A stretch of 41,132 nt of DNA from Candidatus Aenigmatarchaeota archaeon (GCA_043818155.1 JBDRGB010000024.1:1-41132), one strand, 5' to 3'; positions 9,166-18,360 are shown, numbered from the stretch's first letter. Notes: generated by a model not told the origin, from the sequence alone. Made by a program: numbers and translations.

Positions 9166-9465
9166 TCAAATTATCTCTATGCGGCCCTTGTCGTAGCCGA
9201 GCTTGACGAGCAGTTCCGTGATATGCGAGCGGTGGTCGCCCTGCAACTCTATGAATCCGTTCTTGAAAGTCCCGCCGCACGCCAGCTTGGACTTCAGCTG
9301 CTTGGATATCTCCTTGCCCTCGGCGCCTATGCCTTCTACCATGGTTATAGGCTTGTTGAACCTGCGCTTCTCGATGAATACGGTTATCTTCTGCTCCTCG
9401 CGCTCGCGCACCCCGCACGTGCAAAGCTCCTTCGGCAGACCGCATTTCGGGCAGATTTCGCTCAT
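9166..9465 (-). CDS. Translation initiation factor aIF1 (SUI1)
   Basis: N-terminal CPKCG..LCTC zinc knuckle followed by the SUI1 core (KLACGGT...IELQGDH). Confidence 0.9.
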   Translation of the reverse strand: MSEICPKCGLPKELCTCGVREREEQKITVFIEKRRFNKPITMVEGIGAEGKEISKQLKSKLACGGTFKNGFIELQGDHRSHITELLVKLGYDKGRIEII

Positions 9466-9713
9466 TTCTTCGCTTTACCTCTCAATTCGGCCTTGGGTTT
9501 CGCGGCCGCGGATGCAGATGCGGCCTTCCTCGCCTCAGCCTTCATTGTCAGGACGCGCGCTATGGTCCTGCGAAGCTGCCGTATCCTTCCATGGTCCTTC
9601 ACCGCACGGCCCATCTTCGCGCTGCCGAGAGCCTTGCTCACCTCGAGCCTCGATTCAGAAAGAGCCTTCTCAAGGTCATCGGGCTTCATTTTCCTGAATT
9701 CCTTCATCTTCAC
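9462..9713 (-). CDS. rpl29: 50S ribosomal protein uL29
   Basis: EFRKMKPDDLEKAL..SR.E and IRQLRRTIARVLT pattern. Operon position after rps3. Confidence 0.85.
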   Translation of the reverse strand: MKMKEFRKMKPDDLEKALSESRLEVSKALGSAKMGRAVKDHGRIRQLRRTIARVLTMKAEARKAASASAAAKPKAELRGKAKK

Positions 9714-9776
9714 TTTGCTTCGACCGTTCCTTTCAATTTTTTAATTTCGTTTCCGCGTATAAATATCCATTCGGAT

Positions 9777-10562
9777 TCATTCGGCCGGCTCCGTTATTCC
9801 GCTCGGATCAGCGGCCTGTTTATCTCCCTCGGTCTTTGTCTCTTCCGCGGCAGGCGCGTCCGTCTTTTTCGTCTCTTCCACCTCTTCCGTCGCTTCTTCA
9901 GCAGCATCCTCCGCCTTTCCGGCAACGCCTTCGGCCCCGGCATCGACCAACGCACCTTCTTCGCCGCCGGACAGCTTCTTCTCCTTCTTGAAATCCTCCG
10001 GCGCCTCGACCATTATGCGAACCTGTATGCCAACCGCGCCCGGCTTCAGCGCGGCGCGCGCGTATCCTTTGTCCACGAATTTCTCAGCATAGTCCCCCGA
10101 GTGCGCGATGAACCCCTCCCTGAACTTCTGGAATCTCGAGCGATTGCGGCCGGCCATCTTGCCTGCAACGCGTATCTGTATGCCTATCGCGCCCGATTCC
10201 ATCACCCTCTCTAGGTAGAACCCGCACACGCGCTTGTAGTTTATACCGCGCTCGAGCGAGTCGGCGATGCGGCTCGCGACGATGTTCGCGTCCATCATCG
10301 GGTTCTCGACCTCGCGCACGTCTATCATCGGGTTCTCGAACCCGAACATCTTTTTAATCTCCTCGGTTATACTGTTGACGTAGCGTCCGCTGCGGCCGAT
10401 GACGAGCCCAGGTTTGTTGGCGTACACGACGATGCGCGTGCCTATGGGCGTGCGCTGTATCTCGGTGTGGCTGTAGCCGGCCCGTTTGAACCTCTCGCGC
10501 AGGAAGTCCTCGACCTGCGACTCCTTTATCCCTTCCTTGATGAAGGTCCTCTCGATTGCCAT
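9777..10562 (-). CDS. rps3: 30S ribosomal protein uS3
   Basis: KH-domain N-terminus (FIKEGIKESQVEDFL) and GRSGRYVN. Charged, Ala-rich C-terminal tail. Confidence 0.93.
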   Translation of the reverse strand: MAIERTFIKEGIKESQVEDFLRERFKRAGYSHTEIQRTPIGTRIVVYANKPGLVIGRSGRYVNSITEEIKKMFGFENPMIDVREVENPMMDANIVASRIADSLERGINYKRVCGFYLERVMESGAIGIQIRVAGKMAGRNRSRFQKFREGFIAHSGDYAEKFVDKGYARAALKPGAVGIQVRIMVEAPEDFKKEKKLSGGEEGALVDAGAEGVAGKAEDAAEEATEEVEETKKTDAPAAEETKTEGDKQAADPSGITEPAE

Positions 10563-10589
10563 AATTGCACAACCTTTTTGTTTTCCCTA

Positions 10590-11144
10590 TCATTTCTCGC
10601 CGACGATTATCTCGATGTTGCTCAGCTTCGCCTTTTCCCCGGTCCTCCCGAGCCTGCTCCTCGGCCTGTAGAACGTGCGGCCCTTGCTCGCGCGGGCGAC
10701 GTACACGTGCAGCTTCGCCGCGTCCATGCCCACAACCCTCGCGTTCGACTCCGCGTTCTTCAAAAGCTCGATGAACTTCTCCGATGTCTTTGTGTAATAG
10801 CGGCCGCGGATGCTGCGCTTCTCTGCAACCATGTTCTCGAGAAGCTTCACCGCCTTGTCGAGCTTGCGGCCGCGGATGGCGTCGCACACCTTCTTAGAGC
10901 TCTTCAGCGACACGCCCGCGTCCCACGCCCTTGCCGCTATGCTCTTCCTTTTCCGCGCTGGTGCCGCTTCGGCCTTCGCGCCTGTCTTTTCCGTTTTTGT
11001 TTCTGCTTTAGTCTCGGCCTTGGCTTCGGGCTTGGTCTCAGGAGCGGCATCTGCCTTTGCTTCAACCTTCGTCTCGGCAATGGCTTCCTTTATTTCACGC
11101 TTGGCTTCCTTGCCTTCGACCTTTGATTCGGCTTCCATTCCCAA
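10590..11144 (-). CDS. rpl22: 50S ribosomal protein uL22 with a K/A/E-rich N-terminal extension
   Basis: The core (VSLKSSKKVCDAIRGRKLDKAVKLLENV...) is preceded by about 55 aa of AKAETK-like low complexity. An unseen alternative start could shorten the extension. Confidence 0.86.
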   Translation of the reverse strand: MGMEAESKVEGKEAKREIKEAIAETKVEAKADAAPETKPEAKAETKAETKTEKTGAKAEAAPARKRKSIAARAWDAGVSLKSSKKVCDAIRGRKLDKAVKLLENMVAEKRSIRGRYYTKTSEKFIELLKNAESNARVVGMDAAKLHVYVARASKGRTFYRPRSRLGRTGEKAKLSNIEIIVGEK

Positions 11145-11162
11145 TTCGCCTTCTTACCGCGC

Positions 11163-11552
11163 CTACTTCACCGCGGTGTGCTTGCTGCTCCTGCTCGCGC
11201 CGATTCCGGGCGCCGAGTGCTTCACGCGCCTCCTCGTCATCGCGAACTCGCCCACCCTGTGCCCGAGCGTCGCCGGCGTTATGTCCACCTGTACCCATTC
11301 CTTGCCGTTGAACACGCCAAGCTTGGCGCCGAGCATCTGCGGTATGATTACCATGTTGCGTTCGTGCGTCTTGATGAACTTGCCGCTTCCCGCCGTGCGC
11401 TTTATGGTCTCGAGCAGCGTCTTCTGCGGGGCTCCGAACCCGCGCTTCAGCGCCCTCCGCTCGCGCGACGTGACGAGCTTCATGAAATCCGTGAGGCTGA
11501 GCGCCTTCAGCTGCTCTTCATCGAGCCCGCGGAACGTGAACTTCTTCGCCAT
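11163..11552 (-). CDS. rps19: 30S ribosomal protein uS19
   Basis: GVFNGKEWVQVDITPATLGHRVGEF signature. Confidence 0.92.
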   Translation of the reverse strand: MAKKFTFRGLDEEQLKALSLTDFMKLVTSRERRALKRGFGAPQKTLLETIKRTAGSGKFIKTHERNMVIIPQMLGAKLGVFNGKEWVQVDITPATLGHRVGEFAMTRRRVKHSAPGIGASRSSKHTAVK

Positions 11553-11639
11553 TTCACCACTTTCGTCTCCGTCATTCGTCCCTGTCTTACTTCATTACAT
11601 TTCTTACTTCATTCCATTTCATTGTTCTTATTCTTGCGG

Positions 11640-12371
11640 CTAGAACTTTTTCGCCTTATGCCTCCTCCCAGAGCTCCTAGCCGCTATGCTCCCCACTTTC
11701 GCGCCCGGCGGAGCGTTCCTGCTCACGTTCTTCGACGGCCTCGGCGCCTTGCGCTTGCCGCCGTACGGATGGTCGACCGGTGACATTGCAACGCCCGACA
11801 CGCGCGGATATAGCTTTCCGCGCGCGCGTTTGATGTACCAGTGCGCGCCAGCCTTTACAATCGGCTTCTCGAGCCTGCCGCCGCCTGCCGGCACTCCTAT
11901 GGTCGCGCGGCACATCGGATTCAGGTCCTTTGTGCGGCCGGACGAGAACTGTATTGTCACGTAACGGTCGGCCTTGTTGAGGATCGTGGCGAAGCTGCCG
12001 GAGCTGCGGCACAGCTTTGGCCCGGAGTTCGGGAATGTTTCGATGCAGAATATCGCAGCGCCTATGGGCACGTCCTTCAGCGCCAGTACGTTCCCGACCA
12101 CTGGATTCCTTCCATACTCTATCTCCTGGCCGACCTGCAACCCTTCGGGCGCGACCTGCAGCGTCTGCTCGCGCACGGAATCGAACCTTACGATTGCGAT
12201 TGGCGCGTTCCTTGCCGGGTCGTGCACTATGTCGACCACGACGCCCTTCAGAGACCCGTCCTCTATCATCTGAGTTGGCACGTACGTGACCCTGCCGAGG
12301 TACCTGTGGCTCTGCGCACGGTACTGCATCCCACCGCGGCCTCGTGCACGCGTTATTATTCGCTTGCCCAT
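11640..12371 (-). CDS. rpl2: 50S ribosomal protein uL2
   Basis: GVAMSPVDHPYGGK and ARSSGSFA motifs. 243 aa. Confidence 0.95.
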   Translation of the reverse strand: MGKRIITRARGRGGMQYRAQSHRYLGRVTYVPTQMIEDGSLKGVVVDIVHDPARNAPIAIVRFDSVREQTLQVAPEGLQVGQEIEYGRNPVVGNVLALKDVPIGAAIFCIETFPNSGPKLCRSSGSFATILNKADRYVTIQFSSGRTKDLNPMCRATIGVPAGGGRLEKPIVKAGAHWYIKRARGKLYPRVSGVAMSPVDHPYGGKRKAPRPSKNVSRNAPPGAKVGSIAARSSGRRHKAKKF

Positions 12372-12403
12372 GTGTCACGCACCCTTACATACTCCACAAC
12401 ATC

Positions 12404-12676
12404 CTACACCACGCCGAGCTTCGTGGCCACGTCGCCCGCCTTGAACTCGGGTTTGAGCTTCAGGAACGCCTTCTTCTTCCCATCGGCCGTTATAAGCACG
12501 TTGACCCTCGCGACCTTGACGCCGAACACCGCCTCGAACTCGTCCTTCACGCTCTTCTTGTCCGCGGACATGTCCACGATGAACGCTATGGTGTTAGCGC
12601 GCTCGATAAGTGCCATGGACTTTTCAGTGAGGTACGGGTACTTCAACAGTTTAATGCTCGCCTGTCTGCCAGCCAT
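12404..12676 (-). CDS. rpl23: 50S ribosomal protein uL23
   Basis: LKYPYLTEKSM......N.IAFIVD pattern. Operon position. Confidence 0.9.
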   Translation of the reverse strand: MAGRQASIKLLKYPYLTEKSMALIERANTIAFIVDMSADKKSVKDEFEAVFGVKVARVNVLITADGKKKAFLKLKPEFKAGDVATKLGVV

Positions 12677-12688
12677 GTCGCATCACTA

Positions 12689-13522
12689 TCATTCTTTTTC
12701 TTTTTTATCGCCTGCGTTCTTCTCCGAGGCAAGCGCGGCTATCGCGCCCTTTGTGAACAACGTAAGCCTGCCCGGCAGCGCGCCGGGAGCCAGCTCCGCC
12801 ACGTTCAGCCTGTCCGCGCGCGAGACGGCTACGCCCGGGAAGCTATTCGCGGCCCTGCCTATGCCCGAGTCCTTCGACACAACTATCAACGGCCCAACCT
12901 TCACCCTATATTTGCGTCCGCGGGACTTGCCGCGGCCGGCGCGTATCCTTTTTTCCGAAACCCGCTCTATCTCAGCAGAGAGCCCGAGTGCGGCGAACAT
13001 CTTCGCAAGTTCCGCGGCCTTGCTCATTTTCTCGACAGCGTTCTCCAAAACGATCGGCAGTTCCTTCACGTCCTGCAAGCTGTGCCCGCGCGCTTCCACC
13101 AACGCCTTGTTCGTCGTCGCAGCCAATGCAGAGTCGATAGCGAACCTGTTTTCCTTCTTGTTTATTCGCTGCGTCCAGTCCTTCCACGTCTTCGGCGGGT
13201 GCGCCTCGCGGCCCTTCACCGCCTGCGGCACGTTCCTCGCGCGGAACTGGAGGTATCCTGGCTGCTTGCCGTGTATGCGCTGCATGCGCGCCATCTCCTT
13301 GCCCATCATCGTCCATCTCTCGCGTCGGCGCCGTCCATGGTAGTGGGCGGAACTGCGGTTGCCGGCGAGCAGGTCCGTGCCGTAAGCCTGTCTACCCCTG
13401 CTCATGATGCTCAAAAACGCGCGCGTTATGAGGTCCCTGCGCAGCGGCGTGGAGAAGACCGCGGGCATGTCCATCTTCTCAACCGGCTTCCCCGCCGCGT
13501 CGTATACGTTCGCTTTCATCAT
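12689..13522 (-). CDS. rpl4: 50S ribosomal protein uL4
   Basis: Start taken at MMKANVYD (13522), just downstream of the rpl3 stop. The track ORF up to 13822 overlaps rpl3 in another frame. Contains a GRGKSRGRKY-type loop. Confidence 0.9.
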   Translation of the reverse strand: MMKANVYDAAGKPVEKMDMPAVFSTPLRRDLITRAFLSIMSRGRQAYGTDLLAGNRSSAHYHGRRRRERWTMMGKEMARMQRIHGKQPGYLQFRARNVPQAVKGREAHPPKTWKDWTQRINKKENRFAIDSALAATTNKALVEARGHSLQDVKELPIVLENAVEKMSKAAELAKMFAALGLSAEIERVSEKRIRAGRGKSRGRKYRVKVGPLIVVSKDSGIGRAANSFPGVAVSRADRLNVAELAPGALPGRLTLFTKGAIAALASEKNAGDKKEKE

Positions 13523-13554
13523 TGTCACCGTGTTTGCCCGCGCGCTACCGTGCG

Positions 13555-14571
13555 CTACTTGACAACCTCCCTTATATCGTACGGCAGCAGCCTGTGCTTC
13601 GCCGGCCGCATCGCGACGCGCAGCACCACCAGTCTCTTCTTCGGCCCCGGCACTGACCCTTCCAGCATGACGTACGGCCCGCGCACGACCCCGTACTTGT
13701 TTATCCCGGACGCGGGCGTGACTTCCTTGCCAGCATCCGCCGCCTCGTTGAGCTTCAGCACGCGCTTGTTGTGCTCTGTGCGCTGCTGCAGCCCGAGCTG
13801 GCCGGCCATCGGCACAGTCCACCTGACCTTGCCAGGCTGTTCCTGACCGAGGCTTCCGACGTGCCTGCGCTTGTGCTTCGCATGCCTGTTCTGGATCACA
13901 ACGCCGAACCTCTTCACCGGGCCCTGCATGCCCTTGCCCTTCGTTATCGCTATGACATCTATCACTTCGCCCTCTTTCATGACGTCGCTCGGTTTTATCT
14001 CGCTGCCGAGCACTGACTTGGCAAAGTTCAGCCTGTCCGCCACGGACTTCCCGCCGACCTCTATCTCCAAGAGTTCTGGATTGTGCTTGCCGAACCCAGA
14101 CTTTGTCGGCTGCGTCGCGGCAATCACGCGCAACGAAGAAATCATGTCGGCCTCCTTTTCCATCTTCGCGAAGGCCGCGTTAGGCGTCCCCTTGCCCTTT
14201 GCCTTGGTCTTCCTCGAAAGCTCCAAATCCTTCGGCAGCTTTTCGGCCCACGCCTCGGTTATAAGTGCCATGCCATAAGGAGTGCGTTTGTAGGCGCGGA
14301 CCGCGACAGCGACCATTGCAGGACAGTCCAGAACTGTCACGGGGATGCGTATGTCCTCGCCGAAGGTCGCCGAGCCCTTCTTCGCGTCCCTTGCCATGAT
14401 GTGCAACATCGTGGCCTTGTAGCCAGCGAACGCGAGGAGCCTCGGCTTTTCAGCCGTCTCGCCCGAAAACGCTGTAGGAGGATAAGTGCTGAAGTGCGGA
14501 TAAATCCGCTTGGCCCTCTTCCTCGGCCAAAACTGCAGTGAACCCGACCTGGGCTTTTTTACTTCTGGCAT
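13555..14571 (-). CDS. rpl3: 50S ribosomal protein uL3
   Basis: PRSGSLQFWPRKRA N-terminus and TKGKGMQGPVKRFG motif. 338 aa. Confidence 0.95.
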   Translation of the reverse strand: MPEVKKPRSGSLQFWPRKRAKRIYPHFSTYPPTAFSGETAEKPRLLAFAGYKATMLHIMARDAKKGSATFGEDIRIPVTVLDCPAMVAVAVRAYKRTPYGMALITEAWAEKLPKDLELSRKTKAKGKGTPNAAFAKMEKEADMISSLRVIAATQPTKSGFGKHNPELLEIEVGGKSVADRLNFAKSVLGSEIKPSDVMKEGEVIDVIAITKGKGMQGPVKRFGVVIQNRHAKHKRRHVGSLGQEQPGKVRWTVPMAGQLGLQQRTEHNKRVLKLNEAADAGKEVTPASGINKYGVVRGPYVMLEGSVPGPKKRLVVLRVAMRPAKHRLLPYDIREVVK

Positions 14572-14764
14572 TTGAACCGCCCTTACATACGGTTGCTTTG
14601 CGGGGGTACGTTGCTTTCCATTGTCGCCGGATCAATGCGAATGCGCAACCTGCGCCCGATTACCGCTCGAAACGACGTCCGGAAGTGCCGTTCTCGGCGT
14701 CGTTTAATAAATCATTAAGGTTGAAAACATATAAAAAGCTTTAAAATGAGGCCGGCCCCAAGCG

Positions 14765-14777
14765 TTTTTTAAGTTTT
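14765..14777 (+). promoter_or_regulatory. TATA-like box about 26 nt upstream of the HIT gene ATG (probable leaderless transcript)
   Basis: TTTTTTAAGTTTT is centred about 26 nt upstream of ATG 14795. Confidence 0.35.
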
Positions 14778-14794
14778 ACACGACAATTGTAATC

Positions 14795-15334
14795 ATGGAC
14801 AAGTGCATATTCTGCGAGATAGCGGCCAAGCGCACACCCGCGCTGACCGTGTACGAGGACGCAGAGTTCGTGGCGTTCCTGGATATAAACCCACTGAACC
14901 GAGGCCACGCCCTGATAGTGCCCAAGCATCACGCGAGATGGACGTTCGAGGTCGAAAAGTTCGGCGATTATTTCGAGGTGGCGAAGTCGGTGGCGCTCGC
15001 TGCCATGGAAACGCTAGGCGCGTCCACTGTCAACTTCCTGACCATAGGTTTCGGCGAGATGTCCGTGGAGCACGCGCACATACACGTGGTGCCGCGCTTC
15101 GAGAACGACGGCCACCCGAGCATCCCGGACAGGAAGGCCGTAAAGGAAATCCCTAAGGAGGTGATGGAGAGCATCGCGTCCAAGCTCAAGGACGCGATCG
15201 CCAAGAATCCTCCGAAAAATGCGGCTGCCGAGACGCCTGCTCATAAAGACGAGAAGCCCGCCGAACACGAGCCGGAAGAGGAGATGGAGGAGGAGCAGAT
15301 AGAACTCGTAAGGCGCGAACTGGAATGCGGATAG
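14795..15334 (+). CDS. HIT-family (histidine triad) nucleotide hydrolase/transferase
   Basis: CIFCEI...GHALIVPK and the histidine triad HAHIHVVP. Acidic C-terminal tail. Confidence 0.85.
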   Translation: MDKCIFCEIAAKRTPALTVYEDAEFVAFLDINPLNRGHALIVPKHHARWTFEVEKFGDYFEVAKSVALAAMETLGASTVNFLTIGFGEMSVEHAHIHVVPRFENDGHPSIPDRKAVKEIPKEVMESIASKLKDAIAKNPPKNAAAETPAHKDEKPAEHEPEEEMEEEQIELVRRELECG

Positions 15335-15343
15335 GCGATTGTT

Positions 15344-15889
15344 GTGGAGGAAAAGACAAGATACTTCGAGACGGGCGGCGAGGCTTGCACGGACGAGGCG
15401 CTCCGCATCGCGGCGGAGTACGCGGACGCGCACAACATCAAGAGCATCATCGTCGCGTCCACGCGCGGGTTCACCGCAGAAAAGGCCGCTGGAATTTTCA
15501 AGGGCAAGAACCTGATAGTCGTGACGCACGTGCACGGATTCCGCGAACCGAATGCGATCGAATTCTCGGATGACGTCCGAAAGAAACTGGAAACGGCCGG
15601 CGTGAAAGTAATAACAGCAGCGCATGCGTTCGGCGGCATAAGCAAGCTCTCCGGCGGGCTGCCGGGTGACCTGATAGCGAGCACGTTGCGCATGTTCTCG
15701 CAGGGCGTGAAGGTCGCAATCGAGTGCGCTGCCGAGGCCGCGGACGCCGGATGCGTAAGTACGGACGAGGACCTGGTCTCAATCGCGGGAACGGGCAAGG
15801 GAGCGGACACGGTGCTCGTGCTGCGGCCGGCGAACACGCACAGGCTCTTCGAGACGAAAGTGAAGCGCGTGCTCGCGATGCCAGAGTGA
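15344..15889 (+). CDS. Pyruvate-kinase C-terminal alpha/beta-domain-like protein
   Basis: 181 aa with a GTG start. The pattern IIVAS..G.TA...LIVVTH..GF...LRMFSQGVKV..E....A.DAG...IAGTGKGADT is typical of this stand-alone archaeal family. Confidence 0.62.
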   Translation: MEEKTRYFETGGEACTDEALRIAAEYADAHNIKSIIVASTRGFTAEKAAGIFKGKNLIVVTHVHGFREPNAIEFSDDVRKKLETAGVKVITAAHAFGGISKLSGGLPGDLIASTLRMFSQGVKVAIECAAEAADAGCVSTDEDLVSIAGTGKGADTVLVLRPANTHRLFETKVKRVLAMPE

Positions 15890-15959
15890 CATTTCTCGAT
15901 ATTTCCGAAACTTTTAAATGCGGCGCGCGATACACATAGTTAGGCGCAAGTCCGGCAAC

Positions 15960-16033
15960 GCGGCTGTGGTCCAGCCTGGTTAAGACGTGAGCCTTCCAAG
16001 CTCGCAACACGGGTTCAAATCCCGTCAGCCGCA
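15960..16033 (+). tRNA. tRNA-Gly (anticodon UCC), intron-less
   Basis: Manual cloverleaf. Acceptor stem GCGGCTG/CAGCCGC with discriminator A. D-arm GTCC-AGCCTGGTTA-AGAC. Anticodon arm TGAGC-CTTCCAA-GCTCG. T-arm ACGGG-TTCAAAT-CCCGT. 74 nt, no encoded CCA. Confidence 0.9.
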
Positions 16034-16067
16034 CATTTTTTATACGTTGGCATGCCTATTCCTAACA

Positions 16068-16829
16068 ATGCCGCGCAAGTACACCGAGGAGGAAGTGGCG
16101 GACGCGATGGCTGGCAGGCGCCTGATAGTCCTGGACTTCGAGGACAGCATCGTCACGAGGAAACGCTACGTCTGGGAAGGTTTCAAGCTGCTGAAGAGCC
16201 ATCCAGAGAAGGCGTCGAGATTCAAGGACGCGTACAAGCTGGCCAAGAACAGGAACAACGTCTCCGAGGAAGGAAACCGCGCGTTCGACATCTTCAAGGT
16301 CGTGAAGGGGCTGCCGTACGAGATATCGCACTATTTCGGCACAAAGCTCGCCAAACACAACAGGACAGCTATCATAGAGCTCATGCTTTTTTATGACGGG
16401 TACGACAACGCGATAGTGACCAGGGACGACATAGGCACCGTGCTACCCACAATTGAGGAGATGGCGGACAGCGGCATAACCATCGGCAAGTATATAGCCA
16501 GCAAGGCCGGCGTGACCGAGGATGGCATGATATCGGGCGAACCGGCAGGGTCGGTCTCGTACGGCATCGACGGATGGGACGACGGATGGTACATGATCAC
16601 CCCAGAGGACAAGGTGCGGGGCATAAAATACATATGCCGTTCTTACGGGCTAGGCCTGGAAAGCGTGGTTTATATAACCGACGACGACCCGGGCGAAGCA
16701 CGCGCGCTAGAGTACGTCATCGGAGGCGGCGGGACCGTGCTCAAGGCGAAGAGGCTGTCGAGGCTGAAGCGCAGGCCGCCCGCCTGGCCGGCCGAAAAGC
16801 AGATAAATAAAGAAACATCTATTATGTGA
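16068..16829 (+). CDS. Hypothetical protein, possibly a degenerate HAD-like hydrolase
   Basis: Start taken at MPRKYTEE, after the tRNA. LIVLDFEDSIVT resembles HAD motif I with DxE instead of DxD, and VVYITDDDPGE resembles motif IV. The functional call is weak. Confidence 0.45.
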   Translation: MPRKYTEEEVADAMAGRRLIVLDFEDSIVTRKRYVWEGFKLLKSHPEKASRFKDAYKLAKNRNNVSEEGNRAFDIFKVVKGLPYEISHYFGTKLAKHNRTAIIELMLFYDGYDNAIVTRDDIGTVLPTIEEMADSGITIGKYIASKAGVTEDGMISGEPAGSVSYGIDGWDDGWYMITPEDKVRGIKYICRSYGLGLESVVYITDDDPGEARALEYVIGGGGTVLKAKRLSRLKRRPPAWPAEKQINKETSIM

Positions 16830-17009
16830 AGGCACGTCGGAGGCGCGACAGAATAGGCCTCCGCCGACGTTGAAGCGAAGGATAGCGGGACGAAGCCCAG
16901 TTTCTCGGTCCTTTTGTCAAGCATTTAAAGTTTTTAAACCGAAATATCCTTTTACATATAGGCAAAAGCCGAGCGGGCTGGCGGTAAAAAAAAGACGAAG
17001 TGGGAATGT

Positions 17010-17396
17010 ATGCTGCAGGACACGCTGGCGGACGTCCTGTCCGCGATAAAGAACTCCGAGAAGGACGGCAAGCGGAGCTGCGTAGCGAAAGCGTCGAAGC
17101 TCGCGAAGGCGGTGCTGGAGATAATGCAGGAGCGCGGCTACATAGGCGCGTTCGAAATCATGGACGACGGCAAGGGTGGGATGGTCAAAATCGAGCTGAC
17201 GGGCAAGATAATCGACTGCAACGCCATAAAGCCCCGCTCGTCGGTCGCGGCCGACGGGTTCGAGAGGTGGGAGAAGCGGTACCTGCCGGCGCGGGAGTTC
17301 GGCATATTAATTGTGTCCACTTCTAGGGGCGTGATGGATCACAAGCGCGCCAAGGAGGCGAACATCGGCGGGAAGCTTGTCGCGTATGTTTACTGA
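17010..17396 (+). CDS. rps8: 30S ribosomal protein uS8
   Basis: DTLADVLSAIKNSE N-terminus and GILIVSTSRGVMDH...GGKLVAYVY C-terminus. Confidence 0.93.
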   Translation: MLQDTLADVLSAIKNSEKDGKRSCVAKASKLAKAVLEIMQERGYIGAFEIMDDGKGGMVKIELTGKIIDCNAIKPRSSVAADGFERWEKRYLPAREFGILIVSTSRGVMDHKRAKEANIGGKLVAYVY

Positions 17397-17441
17397 AAAC
17401 TGAACGGAATGGCCGACTGGAACTTATGCGGGTGCATAATT

Positions 17442-17987
17442 ATGTACGAAAAGGAAATCAAGATTCCCGAAGGATTGACGACCGACATAAGCGGGATGAA
17501 GGTCGTGGTCGGCGACCAGAAGGCGAAGCTTGCTCGCGAGTTCAAGGGCATGTTCGGCATAAAGATCGAACGCACCGCGGACGGCATCAGGGTGTCGAGC
17601 GAGTCGGAGATACGGAAGCAAAAGTCCAAGGTCGGGACAGTCGTCGCGCACATAAGGAACATGGTACGGGGGCTGACCGAAGGCTACACCGCGAGGCTGA
17701 AGATAATATACACGCACTTCCCCGTGACAGTGAAGGTCGACGACGGGGAAAGGAAGGTAATGATTACGAACTTCCTCGGCGAGAAGACCCCGCGCGCCGC
17801 TAAGATATTCGGCGACGACACGAAGGTCGAGATAAACGGCGCTGACATAACCGTAACCGGCTCGGACATCGAGGCCGTTGGGCAGACCGCGGCCAACCTC
17901 GAGCAGGTAACGCGCGTGCGCGCCCACGACCGCAAAGTCTTCCAAGACGGAGTTTATATAACAGAAAAGCCGAAAGGCGTTGTTTGA
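17442..17987 (+). CDS. rpl6: 50S ribosomal protein uL6
   Basis: Start at MYEKEIKIPEG. Two-domain L6 pattern (HFPVTVKV...GEKTPR...). Confidence 0.92.
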   Translation: MYEKEIKIPEGLTTDISGMKVVVGDQKAKLAREFKGMFGIKIERTADGIRVSSESEIRKQKSKVGTVVAHIRNMVRGLTEGYTARLKIIYTHFPVTVKVDDGERKVMITNFLGEKTPRAAKIFGDDTKVEINGADITVTGSDIEAVGQTAANLEQVTRVRAHDRKVFQDGVYITEKPKGVV

Positions 17988-18030
17988 AATCGAGGATTTG
18001 AGAAAAACAAAAAACGAGGTTTGATGGACA

Positions 18031-18360
18031 ATGGCGAACAAGACGTTCCTGAGGCAAACCGTTCACGGTTATAAGCGGTTGGGAAAGAAATGGCGGGCGC
18101 CGAGAGGCAGCCAGAGCAAGATGAGGAAGGAAAAGGCCGGCAAGCGCGACCTACCGAAAGTCGGCAGGGGCACCGCGCTAGCGTGGCGCGGGATGCATCC
18201 TTCCGGAAGGTTCGAGTTCTTCGTGCGCAACCTGCACGACCTTAGCAGGGTCAACGAGAAGACGCAGGCGATACGCGTCTCGTCCGCGGTGGGCGGGAAG
18301 GCGAAGGAGGAGATAGTCAAGCGCGCGAAGGAGATGGGGCTCGCCGTGCTGAACCCGTAG
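18031..18360 (+). CDS. rpl32e: 50S ribosomal protein eL32
   Basis: FLRQ..H.YKRLGKKWRAPRGSQSKMR signature. Confidence 0.9.
   Translation: MANKTFLRQTVHGYKRLGKKWRAPRGSQSKMRKEKAGKRDLPKVGRGTALAWRGMHPSGRFEFFVRNLHDLSRVNEKTQAIRVSSAVGGKAKEEIVKRAKEMGLAVLNP

Noticed and set aside
10960-11110. Short tandem-repeat-like periodicity (gcttcggcc / ttggcttcggg) that could be mistaken for a repeat array or CRISPR.
   Set aside because: The units are short (roughly 9-18 nt), imperfect and in frame inside the uL22 N-terminal extension (AKAETK repeats). There is no spacer structure. No CRISPR array was seen anywhere in the window.
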